Assembly (NCBI GenBank): GCA_963798485.1
Contig: CAWCTR010000030.1
Span: 178,758 to 242,757 of the forward strand
Length of the DNA: 64,000 bases
From: an uncultured delta proteobacterium
Lineage (GTDB): Bacteria; Desulfobacterota; Desulfomonilia; UBA1062
Direction: 5' to 3'
Each line of letters opens with the position of its first letter. Position 1 is the stretch's first letter. The notes beneath the pieces were generated by a model that ran no database searches, had not been told where the DNA came from, and was given only the letters and a program-made list of their open reading frames with translations. This document shows positions 1 through 9,980 of the stretch, piece after piece. Both the position numbers and the translations under genes were made by a program.

Positions 1-1
1 A

Positions 2-664
2 CCGCACGGGGTCATCACCATGGAATTTCCTCACCTAATCAGGCTCATGGAAGAAAACCAGTTCGATACCATATACCACGAACATTTTTCTTATTTTTCA
101 TTCATTACTGTGGAAAAGATTTTCGCAGCACACGGTTTGACCCTATTTGATGTCGAGGAACTGCCGACCCATGGCGGCTCTCTTCGTATTTATGCACGGC
201 ACAGTGACGATTATTCCCGGGAAATCAACCCAAGGGTGAAAGAGCTCAAAGCCCGGGAAGAGACAGCTGGAATCATCAATCTTGAAACCTACAAAGATTT
301 TGCTGAAAAAGTCAAAGAGACTAAGCGGAATCTGCTCAATTTCCTGATTGAAGCCAAGCGGCAGGGAAAAAGAATTGTCGGTTATGGCGCTCCAGGTAAG
401 GGTAATACTTTGCTAAACTATTGTGGAATTCGTACTGACTTTCTCGATTATACGGTAGACCGAAATCCTTACAAACAAGGCAAGTTCCTTCCGGGAACTC
501 ATATTCCAATTTATAGTCCGGAAAAAATATGCGATACAAAACCCGACTTTCTTTTTATCCTTCCATGGAATTTCAAAGATGAAATTATGACACAGATGTC
601 CTGCATCCGCGACTGGGGTGGCCGATTTATTGTGCCGATTCCTGAAGTGAAGGTGTATGAATGA
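2..664 (+). CDS. NDP-hexose C-methyltransferase (class I SAM-dependent), 5' part outside the window
   Basis: Frame is open from the window edge; motifs FDTIYHEHFSYFS, THGGSLR, GYGAPGKGNTLLNYCG, KQGKFLPGTHIPI, ILPWN. Confidence 0.85.
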   Translation, partial: PHGVITMEFPHLIRLMEENQFDTIYHEHFSYFSFITVEKIFAAHGLTLFDVEELPTHGGSLRIYARHSDDYSREINPRVKELKAREETAGIINLETYKDFAEKVKETKRNLLNFLIEAKRQGKRIVGYGAPGKGNTLLNYCGIRTDFLDYTVDRNPYKQGKFLPGTHIPIYSPEKICDTKPDFLFILPWNFKDEIMTQMSCIRDWGGRFIVPIPEVKVYE

Positions 665-1200
665 TCTTTACCGAAACACCCCTCAAGGGTGCGTATATCA
701 TTGACATTGAGAAACTGGAGGACGAGCGCGGGTTTTTTGCCCGGTCCTGGTGTCGGCGCGAATTTAAAGCGCATGGGCTGAACCCGCAATTGGTGCAGTG
801 CAATATCTCTTTCAATACCCTCAAGGGAACTATGAGAGGGATGCATTACCAGGTAAAACCTTTTGAGGAGGCTAAACTGGTTCGATGCACAATGGGTTCA
901 ATATATGATGTCATTGTAGACATCCGCCCTGGTTCTCCCAGTTTTAAGCAATACCTGGGCGTTATTCTATCTGCTGAAAATCGGAAGATGCTCTATATCC
1001 CTGAAGGGTTTGCCCATGGTTTCTTGACCATCGAGGATAAGACCGAAGTCTTTTACCAGATGTCAGAGTTCTATGCTCCGGATCACGCAAGAGGTTTCCG
1101 GTGGAATGATCCGGGCTTCGGAATTGAGTGGCCGGCAAATGTTCATATAATATCTGATCGCGACCGGGATTATCCCAACTTCATTTTTGAGGAATTTTAA
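661..1200 (+). CDS. rfbC: dTDP-4-dehydrorhamnose 3,5-epimerase family
   Basis: DERGFF, RGMHYQ, KLVRC..G.IYDV.VDIR, YIPEGFAHGF, WNDP. Confidence 0.9.
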   Translation: MIFTETPLKGAYIIDIEKLEDERGFFARSWCRREFKAHGLNPQLVQCNISFNTLKGTMRGMHYQVKPFEEAKLVRCTMGSIYDVIVDIRPGSPSFKQYLGVILSAENRKMLYIPEGFAHGFLTIEDKTEVFYQMSEFYAPDHARGFRWNDPGFGIEWPANVHIISDRDRDYPNFIFEEF

Positions 1201-1205
1201 AGACC

Positions 1206-2504
1206 TTGAATTTTACCAACCTTAAAAGCTCAATCGCCCCAACTGTAGCTGGCCAGGAAATGTATGCATTGATAACAGAACTATACCCGCTTTGTCGCAG
1301 CATCACCGGGAATGGATTACGAAAGACCCTTGGATTTCTTCGCCGTCATATCCCCATTGAGGTTCATGAAGTTCCTACGGGAACAAAGGTGTTCGACTGG
1401 GTGGTGCCTAAAGAATGGAATATCAAAGACGCCTATATAAAGAATTCAAAAGGAGAGAAAGTAGTAGATTTCCAGGAATCCAACCTGCATGTCGTGAATT
1501 ATAGTGTGCCGGTTAAAAAAATTGTTTCCCTGAAAGAGTTGAAGGAACACCTTTTTACGCTTTCTAACCATCCGGACTGGATTCCCTACAGAACTTCCTA
1601 TTATAGAGAGGATTGGGGCTTTTGCATGAGCCATAACCGATTTTTGCAACTTGAAGAGGGAGAATATGAAATATTAATAGATTCAACCCTGGAGAATGGC
1701 TCACTGAGCTATGGGGAACTCTATCTTCACGGTGAAAGTGAGGAAGAAATCTTGATCTCCTGCCATGCCTGTCACCCATCATTGGCGAATGACAACCTCT
1801 CAGGTGTAAGTTTGGCTGCTTTATTGGCTAAACAAATCAGCTCTGTCAGGCGCAGGTATTCATATCGTTTCCTTTTCATCCCCGGAACCATCGGGGCAAT
1901 TACCTGGCTGGCCATGAATGAGGATAAAGCTTTTAAGATAAAGCATGGTCTGGTGATATCGGGTGTGGGCGATAGAGGGAATATTGCTTATAAGAAAAGC
2001 AGGCGTGGAGATACGGAAATTGATCGGGTTGCTTATCATGTTTTAAAGAATTCTGAAGATGCATTTGAAATAATAGATTTCTTTCCCTACGGATACGATG
2101 AACGCCAGTATTGTTCTCCGGGATTTAATCTTCCTGTCGGCTGTTTTTCAAGGACACCATATGGTAAATATCCTGAATATCATACTTCTGCCGATAATCT
2201 CGATTTTGTCCAGCCTGGTTTTCTGGGGGATAGTTTCGTTAAGGTCCTATCGATATTGGAAATGCTGGAAGAAAATTTTTCATATTTAAATCTTAATCCA
2301 AAATGTGAACCCCAATTGGGTAAAAGAGGATTATATAATACCATCGGGGTTAATGAGATGGCGATGCTCTGGGTTTTGAATTTATCGGATGGCAAGAACA
2401 CGTTGCTCGACATTGCGGAAAGATCTGAACTAAAGTTTGATGCAGTTCTTAGTGCTGCTAAAACTTTAAGCGAAAATGATCTTCTGGAGAAGGTTGCTCA
2501 ATAA
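1206..2504 (+). CDS. DUF4910 aminopeptidase-like polysaccharide biosynthesis protein
   Basis: RSITGNG.R.TL, VFDW.VP.EW, IPYRTSYY...WGFC, CHPSLANDNLSG, DERQYCSPGFNLPVG, YPEYHTSAD. Confidence 0.8.
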   Translation: MNFTNLKSSIAPTVAGQEMYALITELYPLCRSITGNGLRKTLGFLRRHIPIEVHEVPTGTKVFDWVVPKEWNIKDAYIKNSKGEKVVDFQESNLHVVNYSVPVKKIVSLKELKEHLFTLSNHPDWIPYRTSYYREDWGFCMSHNRFLQLEEGEYEILIDSTLENGSLSYGELYLHGESEEEILISCHACHPSLANDNLSGVSLAALLAKQISSVRRRYSYRFLFIPGTIGAITWLAMNEDKAFKIKHGLVISGVGDRGNIAYKKSRRGDTEIDRVAYHVLKNSEDAFEIIDFFPYGYDERQYCSPGFNLPVGCFSRTPYGKYPEYHTSADNLDFVQPGFLGDSFVKVLSILEMLEENFSYLNLNPKCEPQLGKRGLYNTIGVNEMAMLWVLNLSDGKNTLLDIAERSELKFDAVLSAAKTLSENDLLEKVAQ

Positions 2505-2549
2505 ATTGAAAAGATCCTTCTTTTTACTTAGATAAGGAAAGGGGCTGAG

Positions 2550-3326
2550 ATGAAAGTAGTATTATTCTGCGGCGGTTTGGGTACTCGTTTGAGTGATCAT
2601 TCTGGTGAGATTCCCAAACCGATGGTGAAGATCGGTTACAGGCCAATATTATGGCACGTTATGAAATATTATGCCCACTTTGGGCATAAGGATTTCATCC
2701 TGTGCCTTGGGTATAGAGCAGATGTAATTAAAGAATTCTTTTTGAATTACAATGAGTGTGTCTCCAATGATTTTACGCTATCAAATGGAGGCAAGGAACT
2801 TCGTCTTAAACAAAACGATATCGCCGATTGGAGCATCACCTGTGTAGATACCGGATTAAATTCCAATATCGGGCAGAGATTAAAGGCGGTGGAAAAATAC
2901 CTTGATGACGAGGAGTATTTCTTGGCTAATTATGCCGACGGGTTAACCGATCTCCACCTGCCGGACATGATTGATGACTTTAAGAAGAGTGGGAAGACAG
3001 GGGCCTTTATTTGCGTTAAGCCGTCACAGAGTTTTTCCGTTGTTTCGCTGGGTGAAGGAAATCGTGTTGAAAAAATAGACTATGTCAAAGATGCTGATAT
3101 GTATATCAACGGCGGATATTTTGTCTTCAGACATGAATTATTCCATTATATGAAAGATGGCGAGGAACTGGTAGTTGAACCATTCAATCGATTAATTCAA
3201 GAGAATAAATTGATGGGGTATAAATACGATAAATTTTGGCATTGTATGGACACCTTTAAAGAACAAAAAGAATTAAATGATATGTATGAGCGAGGTACTG
3301 CCCCTTGGGAATTGTGGAAAAAATAA
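2550..3326 (+). CDS. rfbF: Glucose-1-phosphate cytidylyltransferase
   Basis: CGGLGTRL, PKPMVKIG.RPILWH.MKYY, VDTG, INGGYFVF, FW.CMDT. Confidence 0.88.
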   Translation: MKVVLFCGGLGTRLSDHSGEIPKPMVKIGYRPILWHVMKYYAHFGHKDFILCLGYRADVIKEFFLNYNECVSNDFTLSNGGKELRLKQNDIADWSITCVDTGLNSNIGQRLKAVEKYLDDEEYFLANYADGLTDLHLPDMIDDFKKSGKTGAFICVKPSQSFSVVSLGEGNRVEKIDYVKDADMYINGGYFVFRHELFHYMKDGEELVVEPFNRLIQENKLMGYKYDKFWHCMDTFKEQKELNDMYERGTAPWELWKK

Positions 3327-3359
3327 CGATAAATATTAATTGTAATATAGGACAATGAT

Positions 3360-4013
3360 ATGCTCAAATTCAAATTTGCTATCAATAAGAATCGCCCCCT
3401 GAAAATATTGTGCATGGGTGCGCATAGTGATGATATCGAAATAGGCTGCGGAGGCACAATATTACGGCTATTATCAGAATATGATGATGTTGAAGTCTAT
3501 TGGGTAGTTTTAGGATCAAGCGGCCAAAGAGACAGTGAAGCATCTGCCAGTGCACATAAATTTTTATCGGGTACGAAGAAGAAAAAAATCATCATAAAAA
3601 ATTTCAAGGATGGTTTTTTCCCTTACATCGGAGAAGAAATTAAAATATTTTTTGAAGAGTTAAAAAAACAAGTATCGCCGGATGTTATCTTTACCCATTA
3701 CCGCAATGACCTGCACCAGGACCACCGGCTGATTTCTGAACTGACCTGGAATACCTTCAGGAATCATCTGATCCTCGAATACGAAATTATGAAATATGAC
3801 GGCGATATGGGTAACCCTAATTTTTTCGTTCATCTGGATCAACATACCTGCAAGATGAAGATAGAGCTGCTATTGGAGTCATTCAAGTCTCAGTCACACC
3901 ATCAATGGTTCAGCGAGGATGCCTTTTTTGCGCTGCTCAGGCTTAGAGGCATTGAAAGCAGCGCTTCCGGGAACTATGCTGAGGGTTTTTACTGTCGAAA
4001 AGTAGTTATCTGA
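3360..4013 (+). CDS. PIG-L/LmbE family deacetylase
   Basis: GAHSDDIEIGCGGT and D.HQDH metal-binding motifs. Confidence 0.85.
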   Translation: MLKFKFAINKNRPLKILCMGAHSDDIEIGCGGTILRLLSEYDDVEVYWVVLGSSGQRDSEASASAHKFLSGTKKKKIIIKNFKDGFFPYIGEEIKIFFEELKKQVSPDVIFTHYRNDLHQDHRLISELTWNTFRNHLILEYEIMKYDGDMGNPNFFVHLDQHTCKMKIELLLESFKSQSHHQWFSEDAFFALLRLRGIESSASGNYAEGFYCRKVVI

Positions 4014-4036
4014 AAGTTGATCTTTCTGGAGAATAG

Positions 4037-5518
4037 ATGGAGGATTTGAAGGAGCGAGTGGTTCGTGGAGGATTTACTAAACTCTGCGGTCAAGCCGCAA
4101 GTTTCGCTCTTTCCCTAGTCTCAATGGCGGTTTTGGGTCGTCTGTTGGACCCGAAAGACTTTGGGCTAGTAGCTATGGTAACTGCCGTCTCAGGGATTTA
4201 TACTATTTTCCTGTATGGTGGGCTTTCGTCGGCAACAATTCAAAATGCTAGCATCACAAACGAACAGATTTCGGTATTATTTTGGATCAATATACTGTTG
4301 GGGGCTATCCTCGGTTTTTTGTTACTTGTAACTGCTCCATTTCTTGTTTTATTTTATCATGAGCCTCGTCTCTTCTGGGTGTCAGTGGCAGTAGCGACAG
4401 GGTTCCTCATCAGCGCGGCAGGGGTGCAACACAATGCACTTCTTCAACGCCAATTACGCTTTGTTACAACGACAGTGATCACATTGCTGTCACAAGTGGT
4501 AAGTCTTTCTGTTGCCATCGGCATGGCTATTGGTGGTTTTGGTTATTGGGCTCTTGTTGCATCAACAATTTTTTCCACGGCTACTACAACCGTCTGTTCG
4601 TGGCTGACCACATCGTGGATTCCGGGGATACCACGAAGGGGAGTTGGGGTCCGCTCAATGGTGTATTATGGGGGTACGCTCACTTTGAATAACATCATTG
4701 TTTATATTGCTTATAATTTTGAAAAGGTACTCCTTGGGCGCTTTTGGGGAGCAAATGCTCTCGGTCTTTATGGAAGGGCATACAGCCTTATCAATATCCC
4801 GACTGATAATATTAATTCTGCGGTAGGCGGGGTGGCTTTTTCGGCATTATCACGGCTACAACATGACCCTAGCCGCTCAAAAAGTTACTTTCTTAAGGGA
4901 TACTCTCTGGTCTTGTCAATGACACTCCCAATTACTTTATTCTGCGCTTTGTGTGCCGATGATATAATAATGATTCTCCTTGGACCAAAATGGAAAGATG
5001 CGGTAGTTATTTTTCGCTTGTTGACCCCGACCATCTTGATATTCGGTATGATCAACCCATTTGGAGGATTGCTCCAAGCAATTGGATTTCAGGTGAGAAG
5101 CTTAAAAATTGCACTAGTCATCGCTCCTCTGGTAATTGGTTCTTATGTCATAGGATTGCCTTTTGGACCAAGAGGTGTTGCCTTAGCATATTCGACTGCA
5201 ATGAGTTTATGGCTTATTCCGCATATCATATGGTGCATACACGGCACAATGATTTCTCTAAGGGACATAATGCTAGCAATTAGCCGTCCTTTCATTTCGG
5301 GCATAGTATCTGCTTTAGTCACATTAAGTGTCCACCTGTTTTTCGTGGAATTGCTACCCCCTTTCCCTAGGCTTTTATTGGGGGGCTGTGTTATGCTTGG
5401 GACATACCTTTTGATGCTTTTATTTGTTATGGGACAGAAAGAGATGTACCTCAATCTTCTCCGAGGATTAAGGGGGAGTTCTTCAGTTGAGAAAGTGATA
5501 GAAGATGAGATTAGTTGA
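4037..5518 (+). CDS. wzx: Wzx (WzxC-like) polysaccharide flippase
   Basis: Multi-TM protein; LGRLLDPKDFGLVAM, LG.Y.RAY motifs. Confidence 0.85.
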   Translation: MEDLKERVVRGGFTKLCGQAASFALSLVSMAVLGRLLDPKDFGLVAMVTAVSGIYTIFLYGGLSSATIQNASITNEQISVLFWINILLGAILGFLLLVTAPFLVLFYHEPRLFWVSVAVATGFLISAAGVQHNALLQRQLRFVTTTVITLLSQVVSLSVAIGMAIGGFGYWALVASTIFSTATTTVCSWLTTSWIPGIPRRGVGVRSMVYYGGTLTLNNIIVYIAYNFEKVLLGRFWGANALGLYGRAYSLINIPTDNINSAVGGVAFSALSRLQHDPSRSKSYFLKGYSLVLSMTLPITLFCALCADDIIMILLGPKWKDAVVIFRLLTPTILIFGMINPFGGLLQAIGFQVRSLKIALVIAPLVIGSYVIGLPFGPRGVALAYSTAMSLWLIPHIIWCIHGTMISLRDIMLAISRPFISGIVSALVTLSVHLFFVELLPPFPRLLLGGCVMLGTYLLMLLFVMGQKEMYLNLLRGLRGSSSVEKVIEDEIS

Positions 5519-5660
5519 GGAAATTGATCGTTCTGATTAGTTTTATTCCGCTTGCTGTTAATTGAAATAAGATGTCTTTTCAATAGGCCCTCGATTCCTT
5601 TTCATAAATAACACCCGCTTTCCAGCAGCAGATGATAGCTGCTACCAGGTGATATAAAGA

Positions 5661-6116
5661 GAGATCTATGCACAACCAACTTACTCTTAGACGTAGACCT
5701 AGATTGAGTAGATATCTCGCGATGGAAGCGAATAACAAATTGATATTATTGATGATAAAAGGTAGTCTTTCCCTAGCAATTAAAGAGCAAGGGGAGACGC
5801 CATGTGTTTTAAGGAATACGAGAAGAACATGAGCTTCCTGGACATGGAACAGAACAAGACCCTGGGGATATCAAGGACAGAGAGGGGTTTGAAGGAGAGA
5901 TCCATCCCTTGCGTTCAACATCAAGCGAGCATACCTTGTGTGGTCAGGAAGACGGTTCCTGTGCATGTAACCTAGGGACAGGTGTGTCAGGAGGATGCGA
6001 ATGGCTACAGGGCAGAAGGGGGAGATCGGACACAAGAAGCAGCTCACATCCATGGGTTTTAAATGAAAAATGAACCATAGCGGTCTGATCTCAAACAGTG
6101 AATATGCAAAGGTTTC
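5661..6116 (+). mobile_element. Internally deleted IS5-family remnant (MITE-like)
   Basis: Imperfect terminal IRs GAGATCTATGCA (5661) and TGCAAAGGTTTC (ends 6116). Transposase-like N-terminus MCFKEYEKNMSFLD.. at 5802 with an RBS, joined out of frame to a C-terminus LAFNIKRA. Confidence 0.6.
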
Positions 6117-6142
6117 CATATTTGATATAAAAAGGGTAAAAT

Positions 6143-7117
6143 ATGACAAATCAACCATTAGTGTCTATTGTTACACCTGTTTACAATGGAGAAAAGTACT
6201 TATCTGAGTGCATAGAAAGTGTGCTCGATCAGCACTATTCTAATTGGGAGTATATTATTGTAAATAACTTTAGTATTGATAGTACCTTTGATATTGCTTC
6301 TACTTATGCAAAAAAAGATGCTCGTATTAGAATAATTAATAATACAAAATTTGTTGACGTTATTGAAAACCATAATATCGCTTTTAAGGCAATATCTCAT
6401 GAAAGCAAATACTGTAAGGTCGTATCTGCGGATGATTGGATTTACCCCGAGTGTATTGAGCGACTGGTTGAGGTTGCAGAGAAGTATCCATCAGTAGGAA
6501 TAGTAGGATGCTATATTATTAGTAACATGGGAGTTTTCGCGATTGATCTCCCTCTGAATACTACCTTTTTTACGGGCCAAGAGGTTTGTCGAAAGCAATT
6601 ACTAGGTGTACCTATATTTAAAGCACCATCCTCTCTTCTTTATCGCGCTGAAATGATTAGAGGAACGGAGCCTTATTTTGTAGGTTCTGCCCCAAATGCG
6701 GACTTGGATGCCTTTTTCAGAGATTTGCAATATAATGACTATGGCTGTGTGCATCAGATACTAAGTTTTGAAAGAGTACACAAAGAAGCTATAACTTGGG
6801 GATTGGTGAAATTTAATTCGTTCTTGGTCGATCGTTTAGAGTTTCTTGTTAGGTATGGGCCTATATATTTAAGCAAGCAAGAGTATGAGAAACGTATGAT
6901 ACTATTGCTAAATGAATATTATGAATATCTTGCTGAACGAAAGGTCAGTTTCGTGAATAGCCAATTCTGGGATTATCAAAAAAGAAGGCTTTCGGAGTTG
7001 GGATATCAGATTGATAATATCAGATTGGCTAAAGCTGTTTTCCATAAAATTATGGATTTGTTATTCAATCCTAAGCGGTCGATCGAGAAAATAATTAAAC
7101 GTCTGAATGCCGAATGA
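6143..7117 (+). CDS. Glycosyltransferase family 2
   Basis: PLVSIVTPVYNGEKYLSECIESVL, SADD (DxD-like). Confidence 0.9.
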   Translation: MTNQPLVSIVTPVYNGEKYLSECIESVLDQHYSNWEYIIVNNFSIDSTFDIASTYAKKDARIRIINNTKFVDVIENHNIAFKAISHESKYCKVVSADDWIYPECIERLVEVAEKYPSVGIVGCYIISNMGVFAIDLPLNTTFFTGQEVCRKQLLGVPIFKAPSSLLYRAEMIRGTEPYFVGSAPNADLDAFFRDLQYNDYGCVHQILSFERVHKEAITWGLVKFNSFLVDRLEFLVRYGPIYLSKQEYEKRMILLLNEYYEYLAERKVSFVNSQFWDYQKRRLSELGYQIDNIRLAKAVFHKIMDLLFNPKRSIEKIIKRLNAE

Positions 7118-7222
7118 CACATCACCCGGACTCAAAAGAATAAAAAATATCTTTCTAATTTTGTATCATCTGGAATAAAGGGTAAATGAAACTTCGAAAA
7201 AGAGTGTATCGGGAGAAGAATT

Positions 7223-8677
7223 ATGTACATTCAATGCTCCACAAAGCTGCAAATTATTTTAATTGTCCTGGTGGTCGCTGCTCTTTTTAGTGATTGCTCT
7301 AAATCTGCTTCTGTCGTTAGTATTAGGCCAACTTCAGTATCAAGTATAAATTGGCCTCTCCGGATTAATACAAAAGGGAGATATCTTGAGGATCAATCAA
7401 GTGTGCCATTTTTGTTGACTGCTGATGCCGGCTGGCTTGCAGCAGTGCAAATCAGTCAGGAAGATGTAATAACCTATCTTGATGATAGGGCTGCCAAGGG
7501 ATTCACTGCGGTTGAATTCATGGCTATAAGTAAATATGACCAATCTAACGCGCCCGACAATTATTATGGACAAGCCCCCTTTACGAATGGTTCCGGGGAT
7601 TGGTCTGTGAGGAATGAGGCTTATTGGACTAATGTGGATTTTTTTGTAGCAGCGGCAAAGGCCCGCAATATGGCCGTTCTTATGTTTCCCGCCTATTTAG
7701 GTTGGGGGTGTGGTTATGATGGTTGGTGTTCTGATATGCAGGCGCAAACAGATGAAGCCATGACCAGTTATGGAACGTGGATCGGGAATAGATATAAAGA
7801 TTATGGCAACATTATCTGGATGGCTGCTGGTGATGCTGACCCTTCAAGTTACCCTAATGTTCAAGCAAGAGAAGAGGCCCTCGTTTCAGGTATAAAGGCG
7901 GGTGATCCGGATGCATTCTTTTCTTGCGAACCACATTATGAACAGATAGGCGGGATAGATTCGTGCACTACATTGGTTGATATTAATAGTCTCTATACCT
8001 ATGGTTTTCAGGCATCAAAGGCGCAAATAGCATATGGAAATGCACGCCCATTCATGTTTCAAGAAGGACATTATGAAAATGAACATGGAAGTACACTTGT
8101 TCAGTGGGATTCTCAAACACTGGTAACCATATTAGGTGGTGGCCTTGTTGGTGCCGTATACGGGTGTTGTCCTTTGTGGAGTTTTGGGGCCCAGGTATCC
8201 CTATATTGTAATTCCACTTCAGCACCGTATGATTCATGGAAAGATGCTATGAACGCCTCTGGAGCAGTGTCCCAGGGAAACATAGGAAAATTGCTGAGGT
8301 CTCGCCAATGGTGGTCTTTTATACCTGATTATACAAATGTGGTAGTGACTTCAAATAAAAATACTGAGGAGCATTATCATGCAACGGCACGAGAGAGCAC
8401 TGGTGAAACGGTCATGGTATGGTGTCCTAATACAGATCAAGTCACGGTTGATATGACTAAGATCGCAGGTACTAATGCGAAAGTGTGGTGGTTTAATCCT
8501 GACGATGCATCGACTTCTTTGATAGGCACTTATCCAACTACTGGAATGAGAAACTTCACTCCAAATGCAAGGCGAGTCTTGGTTCTTGATAATGCGGATT
8601 TAGGATTTGCTGGACCTGGGACTACTGTTTATTCAAAGAAGAGTACTCTTTCTTTGTCTAAACGCCACCCACGATGA
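7223..8677 (+). CDS. Secreted DUF4038 (GH140/apiosidase-like) protein with C-terminal putative collagen-binding-type domain
   Basis: N-terminal signal peptide; RYL.DQ..VPF...AD..W, YLDDR..KGF, NIIWM.AGD, EGHYE, WWFNP. Confidence 0.7.
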   Translation: MYIQCSTKLQIILIVLVVAALFSDCSKSASVVSIRPTSVSSINWPLRINTKGRYLEDQSSVPFLLTADAGWLAAVQISQEDVITYLDDRAAKGFTAVEFMAISKYDQSNAPDNYYGQAPFTNGSGDWSVRNEAYWTNVDFFVAAAKARNMAVLMFPAYLGWGCGYDGWCSDMQAQTDEAMTSYGTWIGNRYKDYGNIIWMAAGDADPSSYPNVQAREEALVSGIKAGDPDAFFSCEPHYEQIGGIDSCTTLVDINSLYTYGFQASKAQIAYGNARPFMFQEGHYENEHGSTLVQWDSQTLVTILGGGLVGAVYGCCPLWSFGAQVSLYCNSTSAPYDSWKDAMNASGAVSQGNIGKLLRSRQWWSFIPDYTNVVVTSNKNTEEHYHATARESTGETVMVWCPNTDQVTVDMTKIAGTNAKVWWFNPDDASTSLIGTYPTTGMRNFTPNARRVLVLDNADLGFAGPGTTVYSKKSTLSLSKRHPR

Positions 8678-8900
8678 ATAGCTCTATGTTAAAACAGAAA
8701 GGTGTCAATTCAAAGATAAACGATAGGTAAACACAGTATCTCGGATAAAAGATAATATATTGGAGGCATGAGGAGCAGAGATTCGTAGGGTATCTGACTG
8801 AATATGAAATGTAGAGAAAACGGGATGCTTAACCAGGGTCCAAGTTAGTAACGGCCTTGGAAAGTATCTTAGAGAGTATGTATCAAACCAGAGAGGGCAT

Positions 8901-9980
8901 ATGATGAAACTGAAGGTAGGCGATTGGGTTGAGGTCCGAAGCAAGGGGGAGATCTTGAGGACGCTCGACAAGAAGGGCTGTTTGGAGGGACTCCCCTTTA
9001 TGCCGCAGATGTTTCAATACTGCGGTAAACAGTTCAAGGTATTTAAGCGCGCACACAAGACTTGTGATACAGTTACCAAGACAGGTGGTCGAAGACTTTC
9101 CAATGGAGTTCATCTCAATACTCGATGTGATGGACAGGCTTACGGAGGATGCCAGGCGGCATGCCTGATTTTTTGGAAAGAAGATTGGCTGAAGCCTGTT
9201 GATAATAGTAAGAGCCTCACAGCGTCATCATCGAGAAAAAAGTCTGCGCGGAAAGTTGAGTCACCCGCTGGTGAATGCTGCGCGGAGGAAGATGTCTTGG
9301 CTGGAACATATTCCGAAGACCAGCATGCCATCGAAGAAATGAGATATGTGTGTCAAGCGACCCAATTGCCTTACTTCACTACACTCCTTCCATGGTGGGA
9401 TATCAGGCAGTATCTTGAAGATTACTGCTCGGGTAATGTTTCTCTGAAACAAATGTTTAATGGGTTTATTTATGCTGGTTTTTATATGTTATGCTTTCGA
9501 ATATCCCGAATTTGGTGTAGCTTAAGTATCCTCCTTCGTTGGTTTTATGATAAGGTTCAAGCTCTTCGAGGTGGCCTTCCCTACCCACGAAAAGCAGGTA
9601 TAATTCCTGCCGGGCAACCCACTCCAACGTGTAGTTTGAATCTCCAGCCAGGTGAATTGGTGCGTATAAAATCATATGAAGAGATTATTGCAACACTGGA
9701 CACAAATAATAAGAACCACGGACTCTATTTTGACGCAGAAATGATGCCATATTGCGGCGGGACTTATCGAATAAGGACACGATTGAATAAGTTTATCAAC
9801 GAAAATACTGGTGAGTTGATAACGGTAAAGAATGCAGCCATAATCCTTGACGATGTCTGTTGCCAAGCCCGTTATAGCGATTGCCGTATGTTCTGTCCAA
9901 GGAGCATTTATCCATGGTGGCGTGAAGTTTGGCTTGAAAGGGTTACCGAAGTTAACTTGTATAATTATGGTCTTCAATAG
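8901..9980 (+). CDS. Hypothetical protein with two homologous Cys-containing domains
   Basis: Internal repeat G[DE].V.[VI][RK]S..EI..TLD...GL.F...M..YCG...C...C....W.E.WL; RBS GAGGG upstream. Confidence 0.75.
   Translation: MMKLKVGDWVEVRSKGEILRTLDKKGCLEGLPFMPQMFQYCGKQFKVFKRAHKTCDTVTKTGGRRLSNGVHLNTRCDGQAYGGCQAACLIFWKEDWLKPVDNSKSLTASSSRKKSARKVESPAGECCAEEDVLAGTYSEDQHAIEEMRYVCQATQLPYFTTLLPWWDIRQYLEDYCSGNVSLKQMFNGFIYAGFYMLCFRISRIWCSLSILLRWFYDKVQALRGGLPYPRKAGIIPAGQPTPTCSLNLQPGELVRIKSYEEIIATLDTNNKNHGLYFDAEMMPYCGGTYRIRTRLNKFINENTGELITVKNAAIILDDVCCQARYSDCRMFCPRSIYPWWREVWLERVTEVNLYNYGLQ

Noticed and set aside
5575-5590. TCTTTTCAATAGGCCC resembling an IS right end
   Set aside because: A single short motif with no partner IR or transposase trace.
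9847-9966. N-terminal extension of the MBOAT ORF
   Set aside because: It overlaps the preceding gene; the canonical start MVFNS is at 9967.
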